Source: Macrostomum hystrix (lineage: Eukaryota > Animalia > Platyhelminthes). Taken from it: 64,000 nucleotides of DNA. A program made the position numbers and the translations under genes. The stretch covers positions 17,422,001-17,486,000 of the forward strand of contig CATNEN010000001.1 of assembly GCA_950097015.1 (NCBI GenBank), written 5' to 3'. Below, one piece after another: positions 27,101 to 38,025 of the stretch; within the stretch, counting starts at the first letter, position 1; the number at the start of each line of letters is the position of its first letter. A model generated the notes under the pieces. It saw only the letters and a list, made by a program, of their open reading frames with translations. It did not search any database and was not told the DNA's origin.

Positions 27101-30100
27101 CTACCTGTGTTAGACAGGTGATAACTGCCTGTTAGACAGGATATAACTACCTGTGTTAGACAGATGATAACTGCCTGTTAGACAGGTTATAACTGAATGT
27201 TAGACAGGATATAACTACCTGTGTTAGACAGGTGATAACTGCCTGTTAGACAGGATATAACTACCTGTGTTAGACAGATGATAACTACCTGTTAGACAGG
27301 TTATAACTGCATGCTAGACAGGTGATAACTGCCTGTTAGACAGGTTATAACTGAATGTTAGACAGGATATAACTACCTGTGTTAGACAGGTGATAACTGC
27401 CTGTTAGACAGGTGATAACTGCCTGTTAGACAGGTTATAACTGCCTGTTAGACAGGTTATAACTGCATGCTAGACAGGAGATAGCTGTCTATCAGACAGG
27501 TGATAACAGGCTGTCAGACAGGTGATAACAGCCTGTTAGACAGGTTATAACTGCATGCTAGACAGGAGATAGCTGTCTATCAGACAGGTGATAACAGGCT
27601 GTCAGACAGGTGATAACAGCCTGTTAGACAGATGATAACTGCCTGTTAGACAGGTTATAACTGCATGCTAGACAGGTGATAACTGCCTGTTAGACAGGTT
27701 ATAACTGAATGTTAGACAGGATATAACTACCTGTGTTAGACAGGTGATAACTGCCTGTTAGACAGGATATAACTACCTGTGTTAGACAGATGATAACTGC
27801 CTGTTAGACAGGTTATAACTGAATGTTAGACAGGATATAACTACCTGTGTTAGACAGGTGATGACTGCCTGTTAGACAGGTTATAACTGCATGCTAGACA
27901 GGTTATAACTGCCTGTTAGACAGGTTATAACTGCCTGTTAGACAGGTTATAACTGCATGCTAGACAGGAGATAGCTGTCTATTAGACAGGTGATAACAGG
28001 CTGTCAGACAGGTGATAACAGCCTGTTAGACAGATGATAACTGCCTGTTAGACAGGTTATAACTGAATGTTAGACAGGATATAACTACCTGTGTTAGACA
28101 GGTGATGACTGCCTGTTAGACAAGTAATAACAGCCTGTCAGACAGGTGATAACAGCCTGTTAGACAGGTTATAACTGAATGTTAGACAGGATATAACTAC
28201 CTGTGTTAGACAGGTTATATCTGCCTGTTAGACAGGTTATAACTGCATGCTAGACAGGAGATAGCTGTCTATCAGACAGGTGATAACAGGCTGTCAGACA
28301 GGTGATAACAGCCTGTTAGACAGATGATAACTGCCTGTTAGACAGGTTATAACTGCATGCTAGACAGGTGATAACTGCCTGTTAGACAGGTTATAACTGA
28401 ATGTTAGACAGGATATAACTACCTGTGTTAGACAGGTGATAACTGCCTGTTAGACAGGATATAACTACCTGTGTTAGACAGATGATAACTGCCTGTTAGA
28501 CAGGTTATAACTGAATGTTAGACAGGATATAACTACCTGTGTTAGACAGGTGATAACTGCCTGTTAGACAGGATATAACTACCTGTGTTAGACAGATGAT
28601 AACTACCTGTTAGACAGGTTATAACTGCATGCTAGACAGGTGATAACTGCCTGTTAGACAGGTTATAACTGAATGTTAGACAGGATATAACTACCTGTGT
28701 TAGACAGGTGATAACTGCCTGTTAGACAGGTGATAACTGCCTGTTAGACAGGTTATAACTGCCTGTTAGACAGATGATAACTGCCTGTTAGACAGGTTAT
28801 AACTGAATGTTAGACAGGATATAACTACCTGTGTTAGACAGGTGATGACTGCCTGTTAGACAGGTTATAACTGCATGCTAGACAGGAGATAGCTGTCTAT
28901 CAGACAGGTGATAACAGGCTGTCAGACAGGTGATAACAGCCTGTTAGACAGATGATAACTGCCTGTTAGACAGGTTATAACTGCATGCTAGACAGGTGAT
29001 AACTGCCTGTTAGACAGGTTATAACTGAATGTTAGACAGGATATAACTACCTGTGTTAGACAGGTGATAACTGCCTGTTAGACAGGATATAACTACCTGT
29101 GTTAGACAGATGATAACTGCCTGTTAGACAGGTTATAACTGAATGTTAGACAGGATATAACTACCTGTGTTAGACAGGTGATAACTGCCTGTTAGACAGG
29201 ATATAACTACCTGTGTTAGACAGATGATAACTGCCTGTTAGACAGGTGATAACTGCCTGTTAGACAGGTTATAACTGAATGTTAGACAGGATATAACTAC
29301 CTGTGTTAGACAGGTGATGACTGCCTGTTAGACAGGTGATAACTGCCTGTTAGACAGGTTATAACTGCCTGTTAGACAGGTTATAACTGCATGCTAGACA
29401 GGAGATAGCTGTCTATCAGACAGGTGATAACAGGCTGTCAGACAGGTGATAACAGCCTGTTAGACAGATGATAACTGCCTGTTAGACAGGTTATAACCGA
29501 ATGTTAGACAGGTTATAACTGCCTGTTAGACAGGTTATAACTGCATGCTAGACAGGAGATAGCTGTCTATCAGACAGGTGATAACAGGCTGTCAGACAGG
29601 TGATAACAGCCTGTTAGACAGATGATAACTGCCTGTTAGACAGGTTATAACTGAATGTTAGACAGGATATAACTACCTGTGTTAGACAGGTGATGACTGC
29701 CTGTTAGACAGGTTATAACTGCATGCTAGACAGGTTATAACTGCCTGTTAGACAGGTTATAACTGCCTGTTAGACAGGTTATAACTGCCTGTTAGACAGG
29801 TTATAACTGCATGCTAGACAGGAGATAGCTGTCTATTAGACAGGTGATAACAGGCTGTCAGACAGGTGATAACAGCCTGTTAGACAGATGATAACTGCCT
29901 GTTAGACAGGTTATAACTGAATGTTAGACAGGATATAACTACCTGTGTTAGACAGGTGATGACTGCCTGTTAGACAAGTAATAACAGCCTGTCAGACAGG
30001 TGATAACAGCCTGTTAGACAGGTTATAACTGCCTGTTAGACAGATCATAACTGCCTGTTAGACAGTTCATAACTGCCTGTTAGACAGGTTATAACTGAAT

Positions 30101-33100
30101 GTTAGACAGGATATAACTACCTGTGTTAGATAGGTGATGACTGCCTGTTAGACAGGTGATAACTGCCTGTTAGACAGGTTATAACTGCCTGTTAGACAGG
30201 TTATAACTGCCTGTTAGACAGATCATAACTGCCTGTTAGACAGGTTATAACTGAATGTTAGACAGGATATAACTACATGTGTTAGACAGGTGATGACTGC
30301 CCGTTAGACAGGTTATAACTGCATGCTAGACAGGTTATAACTGCCTGTTAGACAGGTTATAACTGCCTGTTAGACAGGTTATAACTGCATGCTAGACAGG
30401 AGATAGCTGTCTATCAGACAGGTGATAACAGCCTGTCAGACAGGTGATAACAGCCTGTTAGACAGATGACAACTGCCTGTTAGACAGGTGATAACTGCCT
30501 GTTAGACAGATCATAACTGCCTGTTAGACAGGTTATAACTGCATGCTAGACAGGAGATAGCTGTCTATCAGACAGGTGATAACAGCCGGTTAGACAGATG
30601 ATAGCTGCCTGTTAGACAGGTTATAACTGCCTGTTAGACAGGTTATAACTGAATGTTAGACAGGATATAACTACCTGTGTTAGACTGGTGATGACTGCCT
30701 GTTAGACAGGTTATAACTGCATGCTAGACAGGTTATAACTGCCTGTTAGACAGGTTATAACTGCATGCTAGACAGGTTATAACTGCCTGTTAGACAGGTT
30801 ATAACTGCATGCTAGACAGGTTATAACTGCCTGTTAGACAGGTTATAACTGCATGCTAGACAGGTTATAACTGCCTGTTAGACAGGTTATAACTGCATGC
30901 TAGACAGGAGATAGCTGTCTATCAGACAGGTGATAACAGCCTGTTAGACAGGTGATAACAGCCTGTTAGACAGGTTATAACTGAATGTTAGACAGGATAT
31001 AACTACCTGTGTTAGACAGGTGATGACTGCCTGTTAGACAGGTTATAACTGCATGCTAGACAGGAGATAGATGTCAATCAGACAGGTGATAACAGCCTTT
31101 TAGACAGATGATAACTGCCTGTTAGACAGGTTATAACTGAATGTTAGACAGGATATAACTACCTGTGTTAGACAGGTGATGACTGAATGTTAGACAGGTA
31201 ATAACTGCATGTTAGGCAGGTGATAACTTGATTGTTAGTTTAGCTGACTGAATGAACATTTTGTTGGTGAGGGTGCAAGGTAGGTTTTAAAGGCAGTCTG
31301 TAAGACACAGTGACAAATCTCTCAGTCCAGACTGCTACTAGCCTCTTGAAGTGCTAAGGTTGCAGCAGCATAATCCTTACAGCATTGACTAAACTTTCGA
31401 CTGCCTTGGCTACTCTCTCCAATTATGTATTCGGGTAGATCTAATTATTAAGCTTTACACAGGTAAATGAGTAGCTCATAGGGCATAAGTCGCAAATGTG
31501 GCTCTGTGATGATCCTCAGCTCCCAGCGGCCATCCAGCTCAGTTGAAACGAGGAGACAGCGAAGGGGTGGCGCAGAGGCAGCCAGGGTGGAGGGGCTGAC
31601 AGCGGAGTTAATTGAGTTACAAAGGAAAGGGGTAGGGTTAGATGGCATTGGCAGGGTCAAGGGTGGCCTTTTGGTTAGAGGCTTTTAACACAGGCCTTGT
31701 CTGAGAAGTTTCTAGAGCCCCAATCGGACTAAAGAATGTTGGCATTTCAATCCTAATATTGCTTTGATTTTCGGAACTTCGAGTTTTTCCAAAGACGCGC
31801 TAATTTCGTCTGCCTAAATTAAGTAGGACGGAGGAAAAACTTTGAAATAAAATGTTAAGCTAGAGAACTCTTTATGAGTCAAGTTGACATTGGCAACGAT
31901 AGATCATGACGATTCGGGTTGAAGGTAAGAAGGCCATCTTTGGAAGCCCGACTAAATCTGTCATGACCATTAAAGACGAAAGGGCCATTAAAAAATTAAA
32001 TCTGATCATTTTTAATTGTCTGCCGCACACTTTAGGATAATTCGATAATCCTCAGAGACGTTCGGGCGTGGCATCAAAAGTGTGCTCCGGTCTCGACTGC
32101 GTCAAAAAGTACTCGAGCAACCTTATTAGATTATGGATAAGCTGAATAACAGACGGTCTGTTTAGCAAACTGATTATCAAGTATTCTAGATTATCATGCT
32201 GGATTATCTTACATCCCGGATTATCTAACATGCTGGATTATTCAACATGCTGGATTATCTTACATCCCGGATTATCTAACATGCTGGATTAACTAGCCTG
32301 CAGTATTTTAAAATTGCTTCATAATCTTACATGCTGGATTATCCAACATGCAGGATTATCTAACCGGCTGGATAATTGAAAATGCTGGATTATCAAAAAG
32401 ACTGGATTATCGAAAAGGCTGGATTATCGAAAAGACTGGATTATCAAAAAGACTAGATGATCGAAAAGTGTGGATTATCGAAAAGATTGGATTATCAAAA
32501 AGGCTGGATTATTGAAAATGCTGGATTATCAAAAAGGCTGGATTATCGAAAATGCTGGATTATCGAAAATGCTGATTATCTAGCATTCTGGATTATCGAA
32601 AATGCTGATTATCTAGCATTCTGGATTATCGAAAATGCTGATTATCTAGCATTCTGGATAATCTAACCGATTGTATTATTTAACTTGCTGGATTATCTAA
32701 CAGGCTGGATTATCGAACACTGCGGAGACTTAAAGCAAATTATCGACTCATAGAGTTCACCGATTTTTGGTAACGAAGCGAAAAAACGTTTTTTTTTCTT
32801 AGCCTATGCGGTTGGAAGTGAGATGGTCTATACAGAACAATCTAATGGTTTATCCGGGACCAAGTCTACGTGGAGGGAAAAACCTCAAACTTTCTGAAAA
32901 ATAATTGTCTAACAATGTGCCGTTCTACCTAACTCGCTCATTCCTCTACTTCTCCAGGCACAAGCAACCCCTGACAATGAGGAAGACGACTTTGAATGAT
33001 TTAAGAAAAATGCTGGCTTCACTGAAAACACGGACGAGAAAAATAATGGCATGCCCACCGCCAAGCCAAGCAAAGCCGCGAGATGTGGGACTGGCTGGCA

Positions 33101-35640
33101 GGTCCACGCAACACTTTTTGTCCCGTGTCTTTTCTATTTGCGCATGCTTTCGCTTAAAGAGCCTCCTACAAAAGTCTCTTAGTCCTCTTCTCTCTACCTG
33201 AGTCTGCCTGTGAATGCATCTGTCAATTAGCTTGACTCTATTGTACTGAAAAAATGCAAACTTTTTCCTATTGAAACTTTAAGGCCGTAGGGATTCTTTT
33301 TAAAATGTATATTGTTTGCTAGCCTTTAGTAATGATAATAATAATAATTGATCACACCTGCACCAATTAGGGGCCAGATGTGCAGCCGACAGCACAGCGC
33401 AGCCATTGCGGGCGCATATGAAGGCTGCGTACGACTGTTCAGTCCATGGACTGGGGGGACACCACACCCACCCTCAATTATCCCAAAGCCGCGGAGCGCG
33501 GAGAGAAGGCTTGGGGGCTTGTCGTGCAATTTACACCCTTGAGGGCAAATCTTCAAGGCACAGTGAGAGTGTACCCTGCCGGACGATGAGAAAGTCAGGG
33601 CAGATGTACACACCTGTGAGAGTATGCCAGTGTACAGTATCTGTGTGCGTGTGTGCTCAGGAGTCAGCGAAATTATAGGCAGAATTGCCTCCTCGCTGGC
33701 TGCGGGTCTAGTGTCACCAAATGATGTGCCACTGCCCACAGCCCTCCTGCAATTATTATTAGTACTATTATTAGTTAAAGTTGTATTTTGTACACCTGTT
33801 TAGTCCATGGCCTACAATCTGAAGTAACTTGGCTGCTGGTAGCATATTTTAGAATTCGTATTTTCTAGTTTTGAAGAAAAGCGTCGACAAAAAGCAACTG
33901 TCAGAAAGGTGTGAAAAGTTGAAGTGCCTCAGCTTGAGTTGAAACTGTCTGCTAATTGAATTAGAAAAAAACAAAAAAGCAAAACAGGTTTGCGTTATCA
34001 ATGTGGTGTGAAAGCAGTGAAAGCCAACTCGCCATGGCTTTAATTGACAGTCGCTACAGCTTATTCACAAAGCTTTGTTGACTATTGAGTGCTGGCTCAC
34101 CTTCAACCTTCAAAGGATAGCATTGAGCTTTATCTTGATCAGTGACCTCGGCGGACAAAAAATATGAAAGCCAACTCGACAGCGTCAGGCCGATGCCAAG
34201 CCAGGGCTTCGCAGTGTTCATTAGTTGCACAGGCGAACAGCCGAGAGTCGAAAAAGTCTACTCATACACTCAATGACCACTAATGAGACGCTGGGGAGCA
34301 TATTTCTATTCTGAACTCTGTTCTGCACCTTGGTGCAACTTCAATGGACACCCACCTCATGTCACCCATTAAAACCGTGCTTAAAACTGCTGCCAACAAT
34401 CCGTACTGGTTTGATGGTAACTGCCCAGCTCATAAACTGAGTGTTGCTATCCTGTTTTAGCTGCACAAAGCCGACCATTGATTGCTTGTGGATGTTCTAT
34501 AAACGAAAGTTTAATGCAAATCAATTCAAGGCCTTCAGCCTTCCAACTGAAACTGACTCTTTTGGATCGGTTGCAACAAGAAATGGAACATTTCTTCATT
34601 AATTTTCAGTTTAATGGAAAGTGAAAGTGAAAGTGGAGTGGCTAACCTGTGGTGAGGATTGGAATTCTTGGGAGAAATAGTGGCGAGTTTTGACGGAGAG
34701 AAAAACATAAGTGGCCACTTCTGGGGAAAAAACTAAACAATGCTTTTTATGGATTATGGCCAAAAACATAAAAGGCGCGTTTTGCCCTGCTTTACGTGAA
34801 AAACTTAGATTTGAAAGTCTCCGATTCTGAAAAATGAGAACTAAGTAACTGGTAGAAAACCTATCTAACAGATTATGGACCACTGTCTAGCAGATGACGG
34901 ACCACTGTCTAGCAGATAAGGGACAATTGTCTAGCATATGAGAGACCACTGTCTAACAGATTTGGTACCACTATCTAATAGATAAGGGAAAATTTGCTAA
35001 CACATGAGGGACCAATGTCTAACAGATGAGGGACCAATGTCTAACAGATGAGGGACCAATGTCTAACAGATGAGGGACCAATGTCTAACAGATGAGGGAC
35101 CAATGTCTAACAGATGAGGGACCACAGTTTAACAAATGAGGGACCAGGGTCTTAGATGGGGGACCACTGTCTAGCAGATAAGGGACCATAATCTAGCAGA
35201 TGAGCGACCATGGTCTAACAGATGAGGGACTAATGCATAGTTTTTTTTATCAGGAGCTCAATACAAATGAGTAAAAAAAGCACATTAAAATGATTAAGAA
35301 TCTCACCTTGAGCCAAAAATGAGTAGCGGTTCATCCAGGGTATCTCCAGGAACATCGCCCACCAGCGGTTAATGACGCCGCTAACAAAAAATCCCAACAG
35401 AAAGCTCAGTGGGATATTGTTCTTCACCGAGTTGGCAAAGTGAACCACCTGTTCAAAGGTCTTCTTGCCAGACTCGGACAGCACAAGGCGGTAGGAGAGT
35501 GACAGAGCATAGTAGAGTGACAGGTAGAAGATTAGATCCAGATAGACCAGCTTGTACAGGGAGCCCTTCCACATGAGCAGAAGACGAACGAAGACTCCCT
35601 TCTGACCGGATGAGATAATCTTGCTGTAGGTGACCGTCAT
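14416..35640 (-). CDS. BEST: Bestrophin family Ca2+-activated anion channel, 6 coding exons, ~589 aa
   Basis: Exons 35640-35307, 20553-20387, 19916-19683, 18422-18348, 17670-17404 and 15108-14416 join in frame through GT-AG introns; motifs MTVTYS, WKGSLYKLVY, IPLSFLLGFFV..VINRWW, IPLVYTQ, GWLKVA..MNPFGDDDEDF. Confidence 0.93.
15180..15835. repeat. Minisatellite, ~22-23-bp unit CAGATACCTGAAGTTTCTAGTGT
   Basis: Tandem copies at the 3' end of bestrophin intron 5. Confidence 0.95.
16381..17392. repeat. Minisatellite, 15-bp unit GAGTTCAGTTGCAAT grading into a 30-bp dimer
   Basis: Tandem copies that start about 10 bp after the exon 5 donor. Confidence 0.97.
17404..17670 (-). CDS. BEST: Bestrophin exon 5 (TM3-TM4, Ca2+ clasp)
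   Basis: VVIIAVYSYF...GWLKVAMCVMNPFGDDDEDF; CAG and GT boundaries. Confidence 0.95.
17728..18085. mobile_element. Head-to-head pair of SINE family 2 (minus) and family 1 (plus) fragments
   Basis: 17728-17880 matches the reverse complement of 24270-24450; 17918-18085 matches the reverse complement of 13551-13700. Confidence 0.75.
18348..18422 (-). CDS. BEST: Bestrophin exon 4
   Basis: MDKMRHQMHTLVIYNDVMIPLVYTQ; TTTTGCAG acceptor and GTAATC donor. Confidence 0.93.
19185..19375 (-). mobile_element. SINE family 2 fragment
   Basis: GGCACATCATTTGGTGACACTAGACCCGCAGCCAGCGAGG... shared with other copies. Confidence 0.75.
19683..19916 (-). CDS. BEST: Bestrophin exon 3
   Basis: VLNNL...EYWVPLLWASRLIKKAFLHGYIPDP...LLEE|GTGAGT. 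Confidence 0.9.
19955..20330. repeat. Degenerate minisatellite, ~19-bp unit GGGTGTCTAACACCTTCCA, filling bestrophin intron 2
   Basis: Tandem copies with a TGTCTAACA core. Confidence 0.85.
20387..20553 (-). CDS. BEST: Bestrophin exon 2
   Basis: GIVAGSDADVARQIRLTLLRYLNLGWILVMRKISDQIAKRFRP...; phase 1 matches exon 1. Confidence 0.92.
20583..22122. repeat. Minisatellite, 20-bp unit AGTTCTTAGTCCTGTCTAAC
   Basis: Exact 20-bp register; ends about 30 bp from the exon 2 acceptor. Confidence 0.98.
23415..23605 (-). mobile_element. SINE family 2 fragment with tRNA-like head
   Basis: Body shared with 24240-24340; degenerate A/B boxes at 23545-23603. Confidence 0.65.
23990..24452. mobile_element. SINE family 1 tail (minus) fused head-to-head to a near full-length SINE family 2 (plus, 24140-24452)
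   Basis: Family 2 begins with GTGGCAGAGCGG (A box) and has the body CACAGTGAGAGTGTACACTGCCTG...CTAGTGTCACC. Confidence 0.75.
25545..25742. repeat. Interspersed repeat (copy of 14030-14232)
   Basis: Direct similarity. Confidence 0.75.
26465..31230. repeat. Large minisatellite, 22/24-bp units GTTAGACAGGT(T/G)ATAACTGCCT with higher-order blocks
   Basis: About 4.7 kb tandem array in the middle of bestrophin intron 1. Confidence 0.98.
32170..32720. repeat. Degenerate minisatellite, ~17-18-bp unit with GCTGGATTATC core
   Basis: Tandem copies. Confidence 0.9.
33345..33740. mobile_element. SINE family 1 tail (minus) fused to a 5'-truncated SINE family 2 (plus)
   Basis: Same two modules as 17728-18085 and 23990-24452. 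Confidence 0.78.
34862..35232. repeat. Minisatellite, 22-bp unit AATGTCTAACAGATGAGGGACC
   Basis: Tandem copies beginning about 75 bp after the exon 1 donor. Confidence 0.93.
35307..35640 (-). CDS. BEST: Bestrophin exon 1 (start, TM1-TM2)
   Basis: MTVTYS...RLLLMWKGSLYKLVY...IPLSFLLGFFVSGVINRWW; CAAG|GTGAGA donor. Confidence 0.95.
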
Positions 35641-35949
35641 TGTGATTTGAGTGTCGTTGGAGTGCAAGTGAAGCGACGCAGCTCAGATGCAAATCAACAT
35701 TTACTCTGCTTGTCTTATAAAATACTTACCTCCTTATGTCCCGCTCTGCTTCGTGGCCGTCTCTCATTGGCTGCCTAGCTAACTAGAAGTGCAGCGTGTC
35801 AACCAATAAGAAATGCACCGTGCGACGCGAAGGGTTTCTGTGTGTAATGAAACTGGAGCTTCTTTGAATGGTGAGAACTGTTACTATTACGAGCAAAAAT
35901 TCAAGAGAAAAATATAAATAATAAGTTAACTCACAGCCAGTGAACTGCA

Positions 35950-36182
35950 GTTTCTGCCCATTTCGCTGACTATTGAGCGTACGCGCACACGGATACTGTA
36001 CGCAGATACACGTACAGACCACACACTGTGACATGGAGGTCAGCCCTCAATTTCGAAAATTGCAAGAGAAGTCCCAAATCTGTTTCTTTGCGGCTGCGCC
36101 CCAAATGAATGTGGCCTCGCTGCGGAATCGAACTCAGGGACCTTGGCGCTAGAGGCAAATGCCTTAAAACGCTCTGCCACTC
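35950..36182 (-). mobile_element. Degenerate SINE family 2 copy with tRNA head
   Basis: Minus strand GTGGCAGAGCG...GAGTTCGATTCC then GGCCACATTCATTTGGGG, as at 24140-24230. Confidence 0.65.
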
Positions 36183-38025
36183 CCATCTGTGAAAAATCTA
36201 CCAAGAATAAATTTGCGTCAATGTGAACTGAGCCACCAGTCAATAGGATATTTAGTATTGTTTAGCCTAGTCACATCAGCCAGTCAACTTTGGTAATGAA
36301 GCCCTAAGGTGCCCGTTAGCCTCGTTGCTAAGAAACACGTTGGTCGGTTTTTCCATGGCTTTTCCGCTCTACATTATGGCACACCTGCGGAATATCCATG
36401 TGTGACTTTATTCCAGCCAATGGGAGCCTCGAAACTCAGCCAATAGCAATCTATAGCTGTCTGGCGGGAGTCCAAAAAGGCATAAGACACAACCAGCAAG
36501 CCCAAAAACTCACAGAAAGGAACTCTATGGAGAATGCCTACCCATGGGCATTTCTAAAGTTAGGAGTCTGATAACTATTGGATAAGAGATTATCTCCACA
36601 GGGTCGTTAGGAGGCACCAAAATCTCCCGAGCAGCGTTCGCTTCGTTAATTAAGGAATGATTTCTGCAATACTAGTCGAAGTCAGATTTTTCACGTGGTA
36701 ATTTTTTCAAATTTGGGTCAAACGTTTGAGAAAAAAGACTAATTTGACCAAAATGGCAGCAACCTTACCGTTTTTTCGTTCTTTGCTGCCACGAACGGGC
36801 CTAAGATTTCAGCCTCTCGGATCGGCTTTGGAAGGGGCTCTGCTGCAGTTATTATGCTTTATTTTGGCCCCAAGCCAATTTTCGATTCGGATTTTAACAT
36901 TAGAAGTTTAGTATTTTTTAATTATATTTTATCTTTACTGCATTTAAATTATTTACAATGGAATAAAATATCAAAAGGTAATCTCGTACAAAGAAATGAT
37001 TATAAAAAATTGAAGATCTACGAGTACTTGCATAAAAAAATTGCATAGTCCAATTTTAAAGTATAACTTTTTGGTTATATTTAAGAAAACTTTGCAATTT
37101 ACTATCAGTAGGCTATTTGGTGCGTTGTATAGCGATGTATTGCAGAACTGTAGAAATGACAGCGTCTAGATATATCCGAGAAAAAATTAAGGCCTGAAAT
37201 TTCACAAAATATCAGCTATCTATCCAGGATACAACAAAGACCAATAGACACGATTTAACACCATTATGGCACACCTGCGGAATATCCATGTGTGACTGCA
37301 TTCCAGCCAATGGGAGAGCTCATTCGAGGTTAGGTTAGGTTACTCATTTAGGTTATTCGAGGTTTCGAGCTCATTCGAGCTCATTTGCAGCTAACACGAT
37401 TTAACACGTAACACGATTCTCAACCACAAACAAATCTAGAATATGCAAACACGACTTATTACTCGTAAGTTTTGTTTGATAATAAAAGACATTGTATGCT
37501 GATCATGTATTAGGCAAACATTTCGGCAGTCAGGCGACTTTTGACAGATTTTTAAGGATATTTCGGCTATCGATTACGTATTTGTGGTGTTAGTTTGATT
37601 CGAAATTGAGGATAAGGACAATTTTGTTGCACCGCTACATTTTGGATTTATTTTTGAATATGTGATAAATGAAGAATTACAAAAATGTATCAGTAATGTG
37701 TTAAAAACATGAGTAAAAATTGCGCTATGCTTGCTTTGACGTGGACGACACGTGGATGTGCTATATGGAGTTTTATGTTCCGAAACTGGAAACGTCAGAT
37801 GATTGTGATTGAAGGCAAAAATTCTCAAATTGTAGGATAATTTAGATTTCCTCCTTGATAAGAGGTTTGCTCGAGTTAAAAGATCAGGAGTTCAATAAAA
37901 TCCCTATCTTTGCACCTTAATGATTTTATTTTGACTTCGACCGCAAAGTAGGATAAGGTCAAATCTTTGACTTCTTTCTTGTCCTCATAGTAGTAAGTAT
38001 TGGGTCGAACCTTTGACGTCTGCCT

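Noticed and set aside
1743-31230. CRISPR-like arrays
   Set aside because: No unique spacers, eukaryotic context and no cas genes
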